64,000 bases of DNA from Octopus sinensis (Eukaryota), in assembly GCF_006345805.1 (NCBI RefSeq), contig NC_043005.1, positions 78,244,001 through 78,308,000 of the forward strand. Direction: 5' to 3'. The position numbers and the translations under genes are program-made. Below, in pieces: positions 14,359 through 28,249 of the stretch. The notes under the pieces were generated by a model. The model was not told the origin of the DNA. It saw nothing but the letters and a program-made list of their open reading frames with translations, and searched no databases. Position 1 is the stretch's first letter; every line of letters starts with the position of its first letter.

Positions 14359-14416
14359 GATAAATTCCTCTACTTACATAATATCGAGGTCTCTTTCATT
14401 TTTATGTTGTCTTACC

Positions 14417-14528
<112 letters not shown>

Positions 14529-15047
14529 GTGTGTGTGTGCCTGTGTGTGGCTGTGTGTGTGTGTGTGTGTGTGTATACAAATGATGTTTTATGATAGTGA
14601 ATTAACAGATGGATGTATGATACCCATCGACGATGGCGACGGCGATGCTGGCGGTGATGGTGGTGCTTCTTTTGATCATTATTCTTCAGTTGAGTGAACG
14701 ATGGTGATGGATGACTGGTGATACCAACCTGCTTTTGTGACTGCCTGTATTTCAATAGTTTGGTTCTACAAAGTATATAAGCATTAGATCAACACTGTAC
14801 ATTTTCCCATTCATAACTCTCTTGTTATCTAAATATAAATTTTCTCTCTATCTGTTTATCTATCTATTTCTCTGTTTACCTATCAATTTGTCTCTTTGCA
14901 TATTAATCAATCTATTGATTTACCTATGTATTCATTCATTCATTCATCTACCTATATAGTTAGTTAGCTACCATTCAATTCATCAATCTAATTTATCTAT
15001 CTACCATCTTAATTGTCTATCAATTTATGTACCTATCTACCTATCCG

Positions 15048-15117
<70 letters not shown>

Positions 15118-15121
15118 AATA

Positions 15122-15164
<43 letters not shown>

Positions 15165-15719
15165 TTATCTATCTGCCTGCCCACCAGTCTGTCTGTCTGT
15201 CTATGTTTATCATTCTATTTCATGGCCCACCTCTCAATCTAGCTATCTATTTGCCTATAAATTAATATATCGATTTTGTTTACCCATTTTTTGCATCAAT
15301 TTATTGTTTATTTATTGAATATATATATTTATTTATTGTATATGTTTATTGTATATACATATATAGACATAGATACATTACATACAATGGGTGTGTGTAT
15401 GTGTGTGTGTTGCTAAATGATTATCTTTGTACCTATCTATCAACCTATCTGTTCATCTATCTATTATCCGTCTCTCTATTTATCAATATAATTAACGGCC
15501 CAACTAGGTATCTGTTTATTTACCTTTCACAAGCTCGAACGATCGAACGATCTATACGTCTATCCATATAACGATATTTATCTGTTCACCTACCTACCTA
15601 CATACATACCTACCTGCCTGACTGTTTGCCTATGTATGTATGTATCTATCTATCTATCTATCTTTATCTATCTATCTATCTATCTACATCTATCTATCTA
15701 TTATCTATCTATATCTATC

Positions 15720-15753
<34 letters not shown>

Positions 15754-15769
15754 ATAATCAAAATAAATA

Positions 15770-15910
15770 ACAGGATTTTGAAGTAGTAATGCAGTACGAC
15801 TGTTTCAAGCGGCTCCATTTTATTGAACAATGCAATCATTACATCAATTTTAAATGCAGCCCAATCTTTAGCTGCACAGATATGGAATTTCAACAGACAT
15901 GATACATTAA
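15770..15910 (-). mobile_element. solo copy of the 43.8-44.2 kb HHR/PLE-terminus family, degenerate core
   Basis: tgcag CTAAAGA ... GAAA cagtcg TA ctgca; alignable to 43855-43990. Confidence 0.75.
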
Positions 15911-16573
15911 TATAATTTTTCGTAAATAATAATGTTGTTTAGAAACGTTCTCCCACTGAGGCCCTAATACTTTTTTTTCTTTTCTGAATCCTATTATAGC
16001 ACCTTAAGTATCGGATGAAGCCTCAAGAGAGAACGAAGATGAGATTTTCCCAAGATCAGCAAAAGTATCATGCAGCACTTAATGCTGCCGTCCAAGAATT
16101 TGGACCTGGAGATCTCCATTTCCAGCGACTTCAAGGGCCACCTCCCAGTGGTGTCGGGCGTCAACGAAGAGCCTTCGACTACAACAACACGACCAAAGTT
16201 TTTTTTTTCCAAGGTCTGGGGTCTCCCGCCTCTAAGCCCTAGACCGTCACCTAATCACCCTTACCCGTCTTGTTGCTTAACAACGACAACAACAACAGCA
16301 CTTAATGCTGGAACATTAACCCAGCGTTTTAATGATTACACTGAGTTCCAATAGAATATCTCTCAGAAACAGGCCACGTACAAATTCGTTCTTCAGACCT
16401 CTTGGAGCTGCTTTCAGATATGATTCATCCCATTCTTATAAAAATGGTAATTCTCTCCAAATTGGTGAGCTAAACTGAAATTGTCGTTTCTGCAAAGCTT
16501 CAAAATTTACTCCACAAATGTTTTGTCATCAATGCTGAACTTTCCTGTATCACCTGTTTCAACATAAAGGTAT

Positions 16574-16610
<37 letters not shown>

Positions 16611-16695
16611 ATATACCGGAGTAAACACATAAATGTGATGAAACAAGGTGGAAAAAAGAGTACTCAAATACCAGTGGTAGCGTAAGTATGCTTCA

Positions 16696-16823
16696 TTTAA
16701 AGCAGCAGAAAATTCAACAAAAACCTGTTACTCTGAGTTTCCCGTTGCCGTTCGTCGGACAGTTTTTCTAGCAAAAACTGTCCGACGAACAGCAGGTTTT
16801 GTTGAATTTTCTGCTGCTTTAAA
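16696..16823. repeat. fold-back element inside (TA)n with HHR-like motif
   Basis: Arms tttaaagcagcagaaaattcaacaaaaacct..ttcgtcggacagttttt and its reverse complement; centre ~16769; the right arm has an internal deletion. Confidence 0.9.
16719..16767 (-). ncRNA. minimal type I hammerhead-like motif, variant core CCGACGA
   Basis: Minus strand: aaaaactgt CCGACGA acggcaacgg GAAA ctc-a-gag TA acaggttttt. Confidence 0.55.
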
Positions 16824-16838
16824 TAAGTTATAATATAT

Positions 16839-16886
<48 letters not shown>

Positions 16887-17372
16887 CTATATATACAAAC
16901 TATGCCATGTTAATCCCGAGCAACGCTGAGTATCAGCGAACATATATATTCTTGTATTCTTTTATTCTTTCATTTACATCAGTCATTTGACTGCGGCCAT
17001 GCTGAAGCACCGCCTTTAGTCGAGCAAATCGACGCCAGAATTTTTTCTATCGGTCTCTTTTGCCGAACCGCTAATATACATATATACGTGTGTTTGTGTC
17101 TGGTCCCCCACCACAGTTTGACAACCGGTGTTAATGTGTTTACATCACTGCAACTTAGCAGAGACGGATAGAATAAGTACTAGACCTTTAAAAAATGTGG
17201 ATACTAGGTCGATTCATTCGACCAAAATTCTTCGATGTGATGCCCCAGCATTGTCGTAGTTTAATGACGGAAACAAAACAACATCGACTGTCGAGCGGTG
17301 GGGGACAAACACAAAGATACATACACATACATGCATGTGTATATGTACACATACACATGCGCACAAACACAT

Positions 17373-17440
<68 letters not shown>

Positions 17441-17448
17441 CGTGCATG

Positions 17449-17497
<49 letters not shown>

Positions 17498-17569
17498 GGT
17501 GGCATGCATACATATATATATATATATATATATATACATAGAAATAAATATGTATACATACATATATAT

Positions 17570-17975
17570 GTCTCCTGGCTTGCGAATGTTATGTCCCCCA
17601 AATGATTCCGTAAACTACAAAACAAATGGTAGTCTGAAGGAGCAAGGTGGGGAGAATAAGGTGGATGAGGAATTTTTTCCAACCAAGCTCTTCCATCTTC
17701 TGTGATGTGATCTTTTCAGTGTGGCGTCACGCATTGTCCTGATGCAACATAACTCCTTTTCGATTCACTAAAGCGGGTCTTTTTTCTTCGAAGCTTGGTT
17801 CAAACGCTTTAATTGCTGACAGTAGACTTCAGCATTGATTGTTGCATTAGGTAGTAACAATTTAAAGTGAATTACTCCTTTGCAATCCCACCAGATAGAG
17901 GATAGAGAGAAGAAACTTTTTCCCATGAATTTCCCTTCTCAGTTGTGGTTGAGCATTTTCCCTTTTACATCTACC
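17570..17975 (-). pseudogene. mariner transposase fragment (catalytic region)
   Basis: [21 protein letters not shown] is a YSPDLAPSD-type motif. The upstream frame reads WWDCKGVIHFKLLLPNATINAEVYCQQLKRL. Confidence 0.9.
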
Positions 17976-18689
17976 ACCTTTTAGGTTTATAAAACTTAAT
18001 ACTCTCTCAGAACATTCAGAAGCACCCCCAGGCACCAAAGTTTGGCAACGGCTCGGAGAGTAGCTTTGTATGTATTACTCTTAATGTGTGCACTCTATCG
18101 ATAAACCAAGCACTGCAGTATTTGTCCTGAGATAAAATCGCTTATGGACATTTTCCATTGCTTGTTTACTTGGGGGTCCCTCGGCTCCGAGGACGATGAC
18201 ATCACTTCAAGTTGGTGCTAAAGGCAGTTGGTGATCAACGTGGATGTTTTGTCTATACTTGCTGTACAGACAAAAGTGGTAGGGATAAGTTTTAGCAAGT
18301 GGTTAGTTGCATGATAAGAAAAAAATTGAGATTAGAAAAATAACTCAAATGAACCGATGGCATAGATTGAGATAATGATGAATCAGATATACATGGATAG
18401 AAGAAACGGTGTACGCAAAGAGGAAAATAACCTTAGCGAAATGCTTACATGAAAATGCATCATTTGTTAAAAAAAAAAAGAGATGAAAGTCAAATCATTT
18501 AACAACACAATTCTGCTGTATTGTCTTTATATTCCGATAGAAAAATGAAATTGTTTTCATCCATAAAGGAAATTAATGGATGCCTTTGCCAAGAACATGA
18601 AGAAACAACCTAATTGAAATATTCAATTATATATGGATATATAAATGTTTGTATGTATGAGTGTGAGCGTATTGTGTTGTGTGTGTATA

Positions 18690-18969
<280 letters not shown>

Positions 18970-19250
18970 GAAGGTGCATGGCTTAGTGGTTAAGATGTTG
19001 CACTCACGATTGCTAGATCGTGGGTTCGATTCCAGACCGGGCGTTGCGTTGTGTTCTTGAGCAAAGCACTTCATTTCACGTTGCTCTGCAATCATTTCGA
19101 CGTCTGACATGTGGCACCTGTCGCACCTGTACAGGTGATGTCGATCTGATAGAAGGAGTGAGTTGATGTCTACACAAACATCTGATCACTATAAACAAAT
19201 CATCTGTGTGGGTGTTCGGTAAGAAATTTTCGAACACCTCATGCGTCGTC
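18970..19250 (+). mobile_element. tRNA-derived SINE family C
   Basis: A box tggcttagtgg, B box ggttcgattcc, then ttgagcaaagcacttcatttcacgttgctc. Confidence 0.8.
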
Positions 19251-19322
19251 TAACAACGAAAGAATCCATCACACACACAACACACACACACAACACACAC
19301 ACACATATATATTCAATATATA

Positions 19323-19539
19323 TAGGAGTGGGTGCTGGAAACTTCGTGGCTTTGGGTAAAAGGAAATACATGCGGATCAGTTAATTACGATTTTATTCAA
19401 CATATTCTGCTCTCAGATTCACAGACGTATTGCAGTCGTTCTTCAGTTTTTCTAAACCCTGTAAAAGAACTCCGAAGGTTGGGCTCCCAATCAGGCCTTT
19501 CGTGACGCCCTTAAAACCAGGAACTTTTACCACCCTTTC

Positions 19540-19541
<2 letters not shown>
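19323..19541. mobile_element. mariner-type MITE with both TIRs
   Basis: TA..gggtgctggaaacttcgtggcttt ... aaaaccaggaacttttaccaccctttca TA. Confidence 0.7.
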
Positions 19542-19572
<31 letters not shown>

Positions 19573-19574
19573 CG

Positions 19575-20600
19575 TTTAAATATTTGTTGTGCAAGATTTT
19601 TTATGTGAAGTCGTGTGTTGAAACAGATATTGTTATATTTCGGAATGGTCATATTGCCAGTTTAGCCAATAAAAACACACGCACTATATATTTGGTGTTA
19701 TTTTGCTTCAGTGTTATTTATTTTTTACATTAATCTTAATCTTATTTCGGCCAGAGTTCTTTCGTCACACTCCTGTGACCGCATCAGTGGTCCTTTGTTT
19801 TCTTCTTTCTTATTTGTGTCTCTCCTTACTAACCGTCAGCCATTTTGTATTTCTATTGTATGTCTTCATTTGCGCATGCTTATACCTCAATGTGCGTCTA
19901 TGTTTATTTAGTGTGTGTATGTGGAGGGATGCCTGTAATATTTGCATCTTCTGTTTATGTATGTTCATGTAATTTGTATTTTGTTTTTGTTGTTTTTGTT
20001 GTTTTTGTTTATTCTTATTTTGTTCATGTGTTTACATCCACTCGTTATTATGAGTGGATGTAAATGAGTGGATGTAAACACATGAACAAAATCAAAAGTA
20101 TTCTGAATATAGGAACTTGATCTTCTTGCAACAGGGAGTAGAAAGCCATCCAACCATTCAGAAATCTTTACTGCACAACATCCACATCCGCTGCAAGTTG
20201 GGCGCATTGGAAGAAATGTTTCGAACTTTTTGTGTATTTTAGGGAGAACAAAACATACAGGTGTTCTTTCTGACCGTAAAATCCTGGATTCGACCTTATT
20301 AATGAAATTGTTTTCTTCCATTTCCAGAATTATTTTGTCAAGATCCTCTCTGTAATTGGGGTTTGGATAGACAGGTAATTCTTCATATGAAGTTTTGTCA
20401 TTTAAAACTTCACAAACCGAAATATACTCATCTTTGTCTATGATTACGATAGCGCCTCCCTTATCCGCCATTTTAATAACAATAGAATCGTTATTAGCTA
20501 GACGTCAGACTGCGTGACGTTGGGAATTTGTGAGGTTATTCCAGGACTTCTTTCCTCTTGTTTTAAACCTTTACCTAATGCCTATCTGACAAGATTCAAG
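19575..20600 (-). mobile_element. Penelope-like element remnant (RT N-terminal part joined to a 3' terminus)
   Basis: ORF 19965-20471 has ADKGGAIVI, LPKIHK and PMRP motifs typical of PLE RT. The downstream non-coding terminus has an HHR-like motif and ends at (TA)n. Confidence 0.85.
19749..19793 (-). ncRNA. type I hammerhead-like motif, variant core CTGATGC
   Basis: Minus strand: ggacca CTGATGC g gtcaca-ggag-tgtgac GAAA gaac TC tggcc; perfect 6-bp stem II. Confidence 0.65.
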
Positions 20601-21279
20601 AAATACAAAATATAATAAATTCCTTTTATTACTTTTACTTTTGATCGTATATTTGTCGGTCCTCAAATTCCATATTCACAACGAGGGTCCCATTTTTAAT
20701 TAGTAAATAACTGTCAAAAACTGATTACTGAATTAACTTTACACAATAAAGTAATCAAGACACCATGCTTTCAATTTACAATGTACCAAAGAATTTCTAT
20801 TTTATTTATCTCATTGTATATTCTTTTACAGTGCCGCTAAATCATAATCATAATTAATGGAATTTTAAAAAGAATTTCCTTGAACAATTTTTTAAAAAGT
20901 ATTTTTGTGTAAGGTAATTAAAGTCATTTTATACAAGGTACGACAGAAAAGAAACCCCTATATCTTGCTGTTTCAGTACATATTAACATGTAAATTTAAG
21001 CAGATTGACCAACCGGTGCATATCATATGGTTGCTGTTGAAACATTTATCAACGTGTAGCATCAAGGAGATTCTTTTACCTCATCTCGTATGCATATGAG
21101 TTGTTAGTGTTATCCTATATTGTGCATTTCAGAAGCTTGAAATCCCTTTATTAAAACCTCATAATCAAATTCTAAATTAACACTACTATGTTTTTATTCT
21201 CATGCCCACTCCATATGCAAAAGCTGGATAGAACTTAACCTAGATTATTATCTGGAATATGGCGCAAGGTGTATTATAG

Positions 21280-21640
21280 TTGCTTGGTTAAGAAGCTCTC
21301 TTGGCAACCACATGGTTTTATGTTCAGTCCCACTACGTAGTACACTGGGCAGATTTCTTCAACTGTAGTTCCGGGTCGAACACTACCTGAATTTGATAGG
21401 AAGAAACTGTGTGGAAGCCCATCGTACATGTGTGTGTGTCTCTGTACTTGTATTTGTTCCTCACCCCGTTTGACAACAAGTGTTGGTTTGTTTACGTTCC
21501 CGTATTTTACCGATGGAGCAGAATAGATCTATAGAATAAAAGCCACACTTAAAAATATATAGTGAGGGTGATTTATTCGACTAAAACCATTAAGGCAGTG
21601 TCCCAACATGCCCGCAGTCCAATGACTGAAACAAGTAAAT
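21280..21640 (+). mobile_element. older diverged SINE family A copy
   Basis: caaccacatggt..ttcagtcccact..aatgactgaaacaagtaaa. Confidence 0.75.
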
Positions 21641-21684
21641 AAGATTCACACATGAATACATACATACATTTTTATTTATGCTCC

Positions 21685-21990
21685 CTTTTAAAGCCTAGCC
21701 AGGCTCATGGGCCCGATTTCCCGGTTTCTGTGGCGTATGTGTTCTCCCCAGCTGGACGGGATGCCAGTCCATCGCAGCGTTACTCAAGAAACAAAAAGAA
21801 AGAGTGAGAGAAAGTTGGGGCGAAAGAGTACAACAGGGATCGCCACCCCCAACCCACCCCCTGCGAGAGCCTCGTGGTGCTTTAGGTGCTTTCGCTCAAT
21901 AAAAACACACAACGCCCGACTGGGAATCGAAACCGTGATCCTCCGACCGCGTGTCCGCTGCCTTAACCTCTGGGCCATTGCGCCTCCACT
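21685..21990 (-). mobile_element. tRNA-derived SINE family C
   Basis: Minus strand: gtggaggcgcaatggcccagaggtt..ggtttcgattcccag; related to 27100-27398. Confidence 0.85.
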
Positions 21991-23160
21991 ACATACATAC
22001 ATACATACATACATACATACATACATACATACATGTCATGCCATACCATAACTTTTCCCTATAATAAGGTTATGTATATACGATTAAGGATTTCCAATTA
22101 AAATGAATTCGTTTCATTGATGAAACCAATTTACATTAGAATCTAATGTGGATGGATGTTTAATTATCAGCAGTGTCCAAACCGATGTATAATCTAATTC
22201 GACTTTCCGTTTCAATAGACCGATATAATTCCACTGATATAAACGTGACCATTTTCACAATATCCATCGGGCGTTATTAACATTACTCAGCTTCGTTTAA
22301 AAAACATAAAAGTTAACAAAAAAAATCTTTAAAATAAATGTTTACCAAACATGCGTTTATCCGCATATTTTATATTTTATATATTTATATATTTATAACA
22401 TGGCGTACATATTTCATATTTTGTGTATTTCAAAATGGCCGCCGTGAACAACGATTCCGATTATTTTCTGTACTGTATTAGATGATTGATATACAATTCG
22501 ATTTGTTTTAGCTTAATATATTTAAGCTGAAGATATTTTGTTATGATGTGTCGTTTTATATACGTATATAAGTATGTTGTATGAACGTGTGTACGCATGT
22601 ATGTATGCATGTATGTATTTATATTATTTGTATTCATGTGTATATACAGTGTATGTATGAATTTGTATGTATATATGTTTATCTGTATGTATGTACGTAT
22701 GTATGCACATATGCATGTATGTCTGTATGTTTTTATGTTTGTCTGTCTATATGTATGTATGTATGCATGCATGTATGTAATTATATTGTATGCATTTATG
22801 TATATATACACTGTGTATGTATAAATGTATGTATGTTGTATATGTTTGTATATATGTATGTATGTATGTATCTATGTATGTATGTATGTATGTATGTATG
22901 TATGTATGCATGTATGTATGTATGTGTGTATGTAGGCTATTAGTGATAGCCGAATGGAACATGCTTAAACATCTAATTAAATTGGTTGTTATCGCTAATT
23001 TTAAATATACTTCATTAATAAAAATAGTTTTAAAAAAATTATGAAGAGGAATTTGCTTTTTCTTTTCCAAATTTGATTAGAATCGAAAAACAAATGACTC
23101 CTATAAACCAATCATTACTCTTTCTTTCCCTCTCTTTGTGTCTCACTCTCTCTTTCCTTC

Positions 23161-23245
<85 letters not shown>

Positions 23246-23251
23246 TGTGTG

Positions 23252-23283
<32 letters not shown>

Positions 23284-23410
23284 GTATGTATATATGTATG
23301 TATGTATGTATGTATGTAGTACGTAGGTATGTAGGTATGTAGGTAGGTATATATATGTATGTATGCATCTCCGTGTATTTATGCATGTGTATATATAGAT
23401 ATGTATATGC

Positions 23411-23476
<66 letters not shown>

Positions 23477-24284
23477 CGGGTGTATGAACAATCCTGACAA
23501 CATTACATGAAATGTATATTTTTAGATATGGTTATTAAAAGTCGATTGCTTTTATGGCAATGGTTTTAAGATATATGCCAACGCAGTGTTTTGAGAGAAC
23601 ATTTCAACTTCTATAACACATGCACACACAAACACATATATGTGTGTGTGTATGTAAGATTTTATATATGTATCTATAAACATATGTGTGTGTATGTATG
23701 TGTGTGCATGATCGTCTACTTTTGACCGAGGAAGAGAACAGTGACCATTGCCCATGCATGAGGTTATTGCACCTACGAACGGCTTCATCCAGATTCTAAC
23801 CCGCAGCTTTCATGCTTGCTGTGGCGCCCTCCAACTCGATGGGGCACCGCAAAGTTCCCGCGCCAGCGATTGCACAACCTAAAATTGTAGGTCCAATTAG
23901 AATTGAACAACACCTCAAAGAGCCTCTCCGCCCTAGGAATGTGGGAGCACCATGATCTCATTAGCAAGCAAATGATCTACATACTGTTCAATGGTTTTAT
24001 ATCAGAGCGGCCTTCTCCTAGAGAAATGCTTTAACAAAAGCTGAGAGTGCCTCACTGCCAGTGGTCTTCCACCACGCCAGACACCGACTCGGAGGGCCCG
24101 TGTTATTGCTAGATAGTCCTGTATATTACACAATGTTCATCTGTTTTTATAATTCCGGTCAAGTTACAACGTTAATGGCATCAACAGGAAAATTTTTCGA
24201 AATCGATAAGCATTAAGTCTTTCTTTAAACGAGTGGTTCCCAACCTGTGGTCTGCAGACCCCTGGGAGTCCTCAAAGGAAGAAC

Positions 24285-26048
24285 TGGTGGTCGAAGTTAT
24301 CAATCTTTACACCAACATCCCCCATGACTATGGAATAAAAGCAATTAAATTCTGGTTGGAAAAGTACCCGAAGTCCTCCCGGAACGCATAATCCAGATTT
24401 TTATAATTGAATCCTTAAAATTTATACTTCAGAACAATATTTCCTATTTGATGACACATACTATCGTCAGAAATGCGGAATTGCGATGGGGACGAAAGCA
24501 GCTCCTGTTCTTGCGAACCTAATAATGGGTTATTTTGAATTCACCTTATATGAAGTATCACTTCAGAAATACGGTTACCCATTTTACCTCTACATAAGAA
24601 AAAATTGGAAGAGATACCTAGATGACTGCTTTATCATCTGGAAGAAGAACTTCGACAAACTTCTGAATTTCAAATCAACACTAAATAGTAACATTCAATT
24701 CACAATGGAATATAACAAAGAACAACTCCCATTTTTAGACATCAAGATAAAAAAGTTAACAATGAAATCATAACTGACATTTATTATAAACCAACTGATT
24801 CAAAACAATATCTTCTCTTTAACTCATGCCACCCGAAACACATCGAAATAAAATTCCCTTTCAATTTGGCAAAAAGGATTTGCACAATAGTGTCTGATAG
24901 AACAACTCGGGACCTTCATCTTCAGGAACTCAAAACAACACTTATTGAAAGACAATATCCACCCTCACTTATCGACGAGGGAATTAAACGTACCAAACAA
25001 TATGACACAAAAATACTACAAACAACAAAACATAACACCACACCTCAACTCAAAACATTACTATTTATATCAACACACGACCCCAGAAACAGTGAGGCAT
25101 TCAACTCTATTGTGCAAACTCTTCCTTTACTAACTAGAGATCCAAAAATGAACGACATCCTGAAAACACACAAACTCATCAAATGCAAAAAACAAGACAA
25201 ATCGCTAAAGAGACTACTAACAAATGCGAAGCTTTACAAAACAACCACGAAACAAACGGTTGAAAAATGTGGACGCTCAAACTGTGGAACCTGCCCCAAC
25301 CTGCTTGAAGGCTAGGATTTCCTTTTCAAACAAGGACAAAGATTCACAATTAAAACTAGTTTCACTTGTGCCTCTGAGAACCTAATTTATGTAATAACCT
25401 GCTCGGGTTGCGGACACCACTATATTGGACAAACGTGTATGACCTTGAGAAAGAGAATCACTCTACATAAAGAGCAAGTCCGTTTCCCGCAATCCAAACA
25501 AATTCCTCTCAGTGAACATATAGAAAAATGTGCAGGTAACATCAAACCAAATTTCACAGTCTTCCCTTTCTACTAGTGCAGAGACGCAATCTCTCAAATA
25601 GAACGTTTAAATAAAGAACATTTTTCATTGAAAAATACAAAACACGTCTTAATGTGCACGCATAACCAACTTTTATCGTTTTACGTATTTCAATTCACGA
25701 TTACATCACTGTACACAAATCCCCTACTGAACAAAGTTTTTTAAACTTGGCTCTGTCTGTACACATATATAATCCCCACCCATTACCGAAAGCAGAACAG
25801 TTATCTCCCTTACAACAATAGCAATAATAACGACAACCAATTACCTCTCTATATTTATCTACTTGTGAAGTCATTCACTCGTGAATTTCATCACACACAA
25901 CATGGACCAAATTTCTTCTTTAGAAAAAATATTTATTCAAATAAGTAAAATATAATATCATGAATAGCGATGGCGAAACCGGTTGATATATTGAAAATTA
26001 TATTAAAACTATGTAAGTGTGCGTATTTTCCTTTTTTAATTTCTTTTA
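24285..26048 (+). mobile_element. Penelope-like element, 5'-truncated with frameshifts (RT plus GIY-YIG endonuclease)
   Basis: LYTNIP, GIAMGTKAAPVLANL, RYLDD, LPFLDI, CGRSNCGTC, and NLIYVITCSGCGHHYIGQT at ~25380-25435. The coding region ends ~25665, followed by a 3' UTR with an HHR-like motif and a microsatellite. Confidence 0.95.
25955..25989 (+). ncRNA. degenerate minimal hammerhead at the PLE 3' end
   Basis: atatc ATGAATA gc-gatg-gc GAAA ccgg TT gatat. Stems are intact and the core has two substitutions. Confidence 0.6.
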
Positions 26049-26059
26049 TATATATATAG

Positions 26060-26119
<60 letters not shown>

Positions 26120-26271
26120 GTGTATGTATGTATGTATATATGTTTATATATATATGTATATATTAATATATATGTGTGTGTGTGATATATGTATATATAT
26201 ATATATATGTATAATATATATATGTATGTATATATATATATATACACACAACACACACACACACACACACA

Positions 26272-26327
<56 letters not shown>

Positions 26328-27099
26328 GTATGCATGTATGTTTAAAAGATAAACTTCTGGAAAGTTTTACAGATTTTTACAGTTCCAGTGATGGCTTGGA
26401 TCTGCAGTCTTCAAATCAGCTTTCTTCTTTCTGATTTTGAGAAGACTAATTTCTCAAGATTGGTACTAAGGCAGTGTGTTACATATCCCAGCGCCTTAAT
26501 AATTACAAATATAAAACTGAAATTTCAATCTGGATAGAGTAGCTGTAGATTCTTCAGTAGTTTAGCGTATGTATGTATGTATGTATGTATGTATGTATGT
26601 ATGTATGTATGTATGTACGTACGTATGTATGTATGTATGTATGTATGTACGTTGTATATATGTAATGTTTGTTTTTCTCTCAAGTTGTATCTGAAAACAA
26701 TTTTACATACAGCTGAAGTACTACTGAATACTTTTTCGAAGAGTTCGTGCGTATTAAACTTTTACAAGAGGAGTGACAGTGACTTCGAAGTTTTGACCTG
26801 GTAACCTTTGCCATAAAATACCATACATATATATCATATCATACGCACGCGTGCGCGTACACACACACAAAACACGTATAAAAGCTTAATGCCATTATAC
26901 CATTATAATAACGCAGTAAACTAGTTGAGGAAATATAATATATTACTATAATTTATGCAATGAATAAAAGAAAATATTATTCGCTACGTCACTAATATTA
27001 ATTAATTCTGGTCATTACAAATAAAGGCGATAATTACCGGCATATGTGTTGGCACACCATCTCACAAACATATCTAATTAAATATATTCACTAAAAGCT

Positions 27100-27635
27100 C
27101 ACCTTTTCCTGAGCCACGCCTGGATCATAAGGGACGGTTTCCTGGTTTCCTTGGCGTATACATTCCCCATCTGGACGAGACGCCGGTCCGTCTCAGGTTA
27201 GCTGCAAGATGCAGGAAGAAAGAGTGAAAGAAAGTTGTGGCGAAAGTGTCAGCAGAAGTTCGCCATTACCTTCTGCTGGAGCCGCGTGGAGCTTAGGTGT
27301 TTCACTCATAAACACACACATCGCCCAGTCTGAGATTCGAACCCGCGATCCCTCGACCGCGATTCCGCTGCTCTAACCACTAGGCCATGTGTCTCCACTA
27401 AATGTTCCTTCTCGAGCCAGGCCTGGCTTCCCGGTTTCAGTGGCGTAGAAATTCCCCACCTGGACAGGACGCCAGTCCGTCGCAAGATTACTCACTTTTG
27501 CCAGCTGAGTGGACTGGAGTAACGTGAAAGGAAATGTTTTGCTCAAGAGCACAACGCATCACCCGGTGCAGGAATCGAAACCACAACCTTACGATGGTGA
27601 GTTCAACACGTTAACCACTAAGCCACGCGCCTCCG
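27100..27635 (-). mobile_element. two adjacent family C-type SINEs (27100-27398 and 27405-27635)
   Basis: Each has a tRNA-like head (tggcctagtgg / ggttcgaatc; tggcttagtgg / ggtttcgattcc) and a shared 3' tail. Confidence 0.85.
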
Positions 27636-27929
27636 CTCGTGAACGTGTTAGTGATTAAAAAGAGATGTACTGTCGCGCAATAATGTACATAATTACGTAT
27701 GAAATATTATTAGAATAGACGGATATTACATATATACGCCACCTGTGCTGGCACACCATCTCACAAACATAGCATACAAAAGTACAGCCACATACGAACG
27801 TGTAGTAGAAGAGACGAACGTTTTGTACAGTAATTTATTGACTCAGAAAGGCTTAAAGGCAAAGTTGATTTCGGTGGAACTTTAACTCACGGTATGCATG
27901 CATAAATATTCATAGATTGACAAGAAAGC

Positions 27930-28023
<94 letters not shown>

Positions 28024-28029
28024 TTAGAT

Positions 28030-28120
<91 letters not shown>

Positions 28121-28201
28121 GTAGGTGTGTATATATATATATACACCTACTGACATGATAACATGACCGAGTTGTGAAATGGTGGTTCGTCTCTAAATTA
28201 G

Positions 28202-28249
<48 letters not shown>

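Noticed and set aside
18970-19050. tRNA-like A and B boxes, also in other SINE heads
   Set aside because: They continue into SINE bodies without a complete cloverleaf, so they are not tRNA genes.
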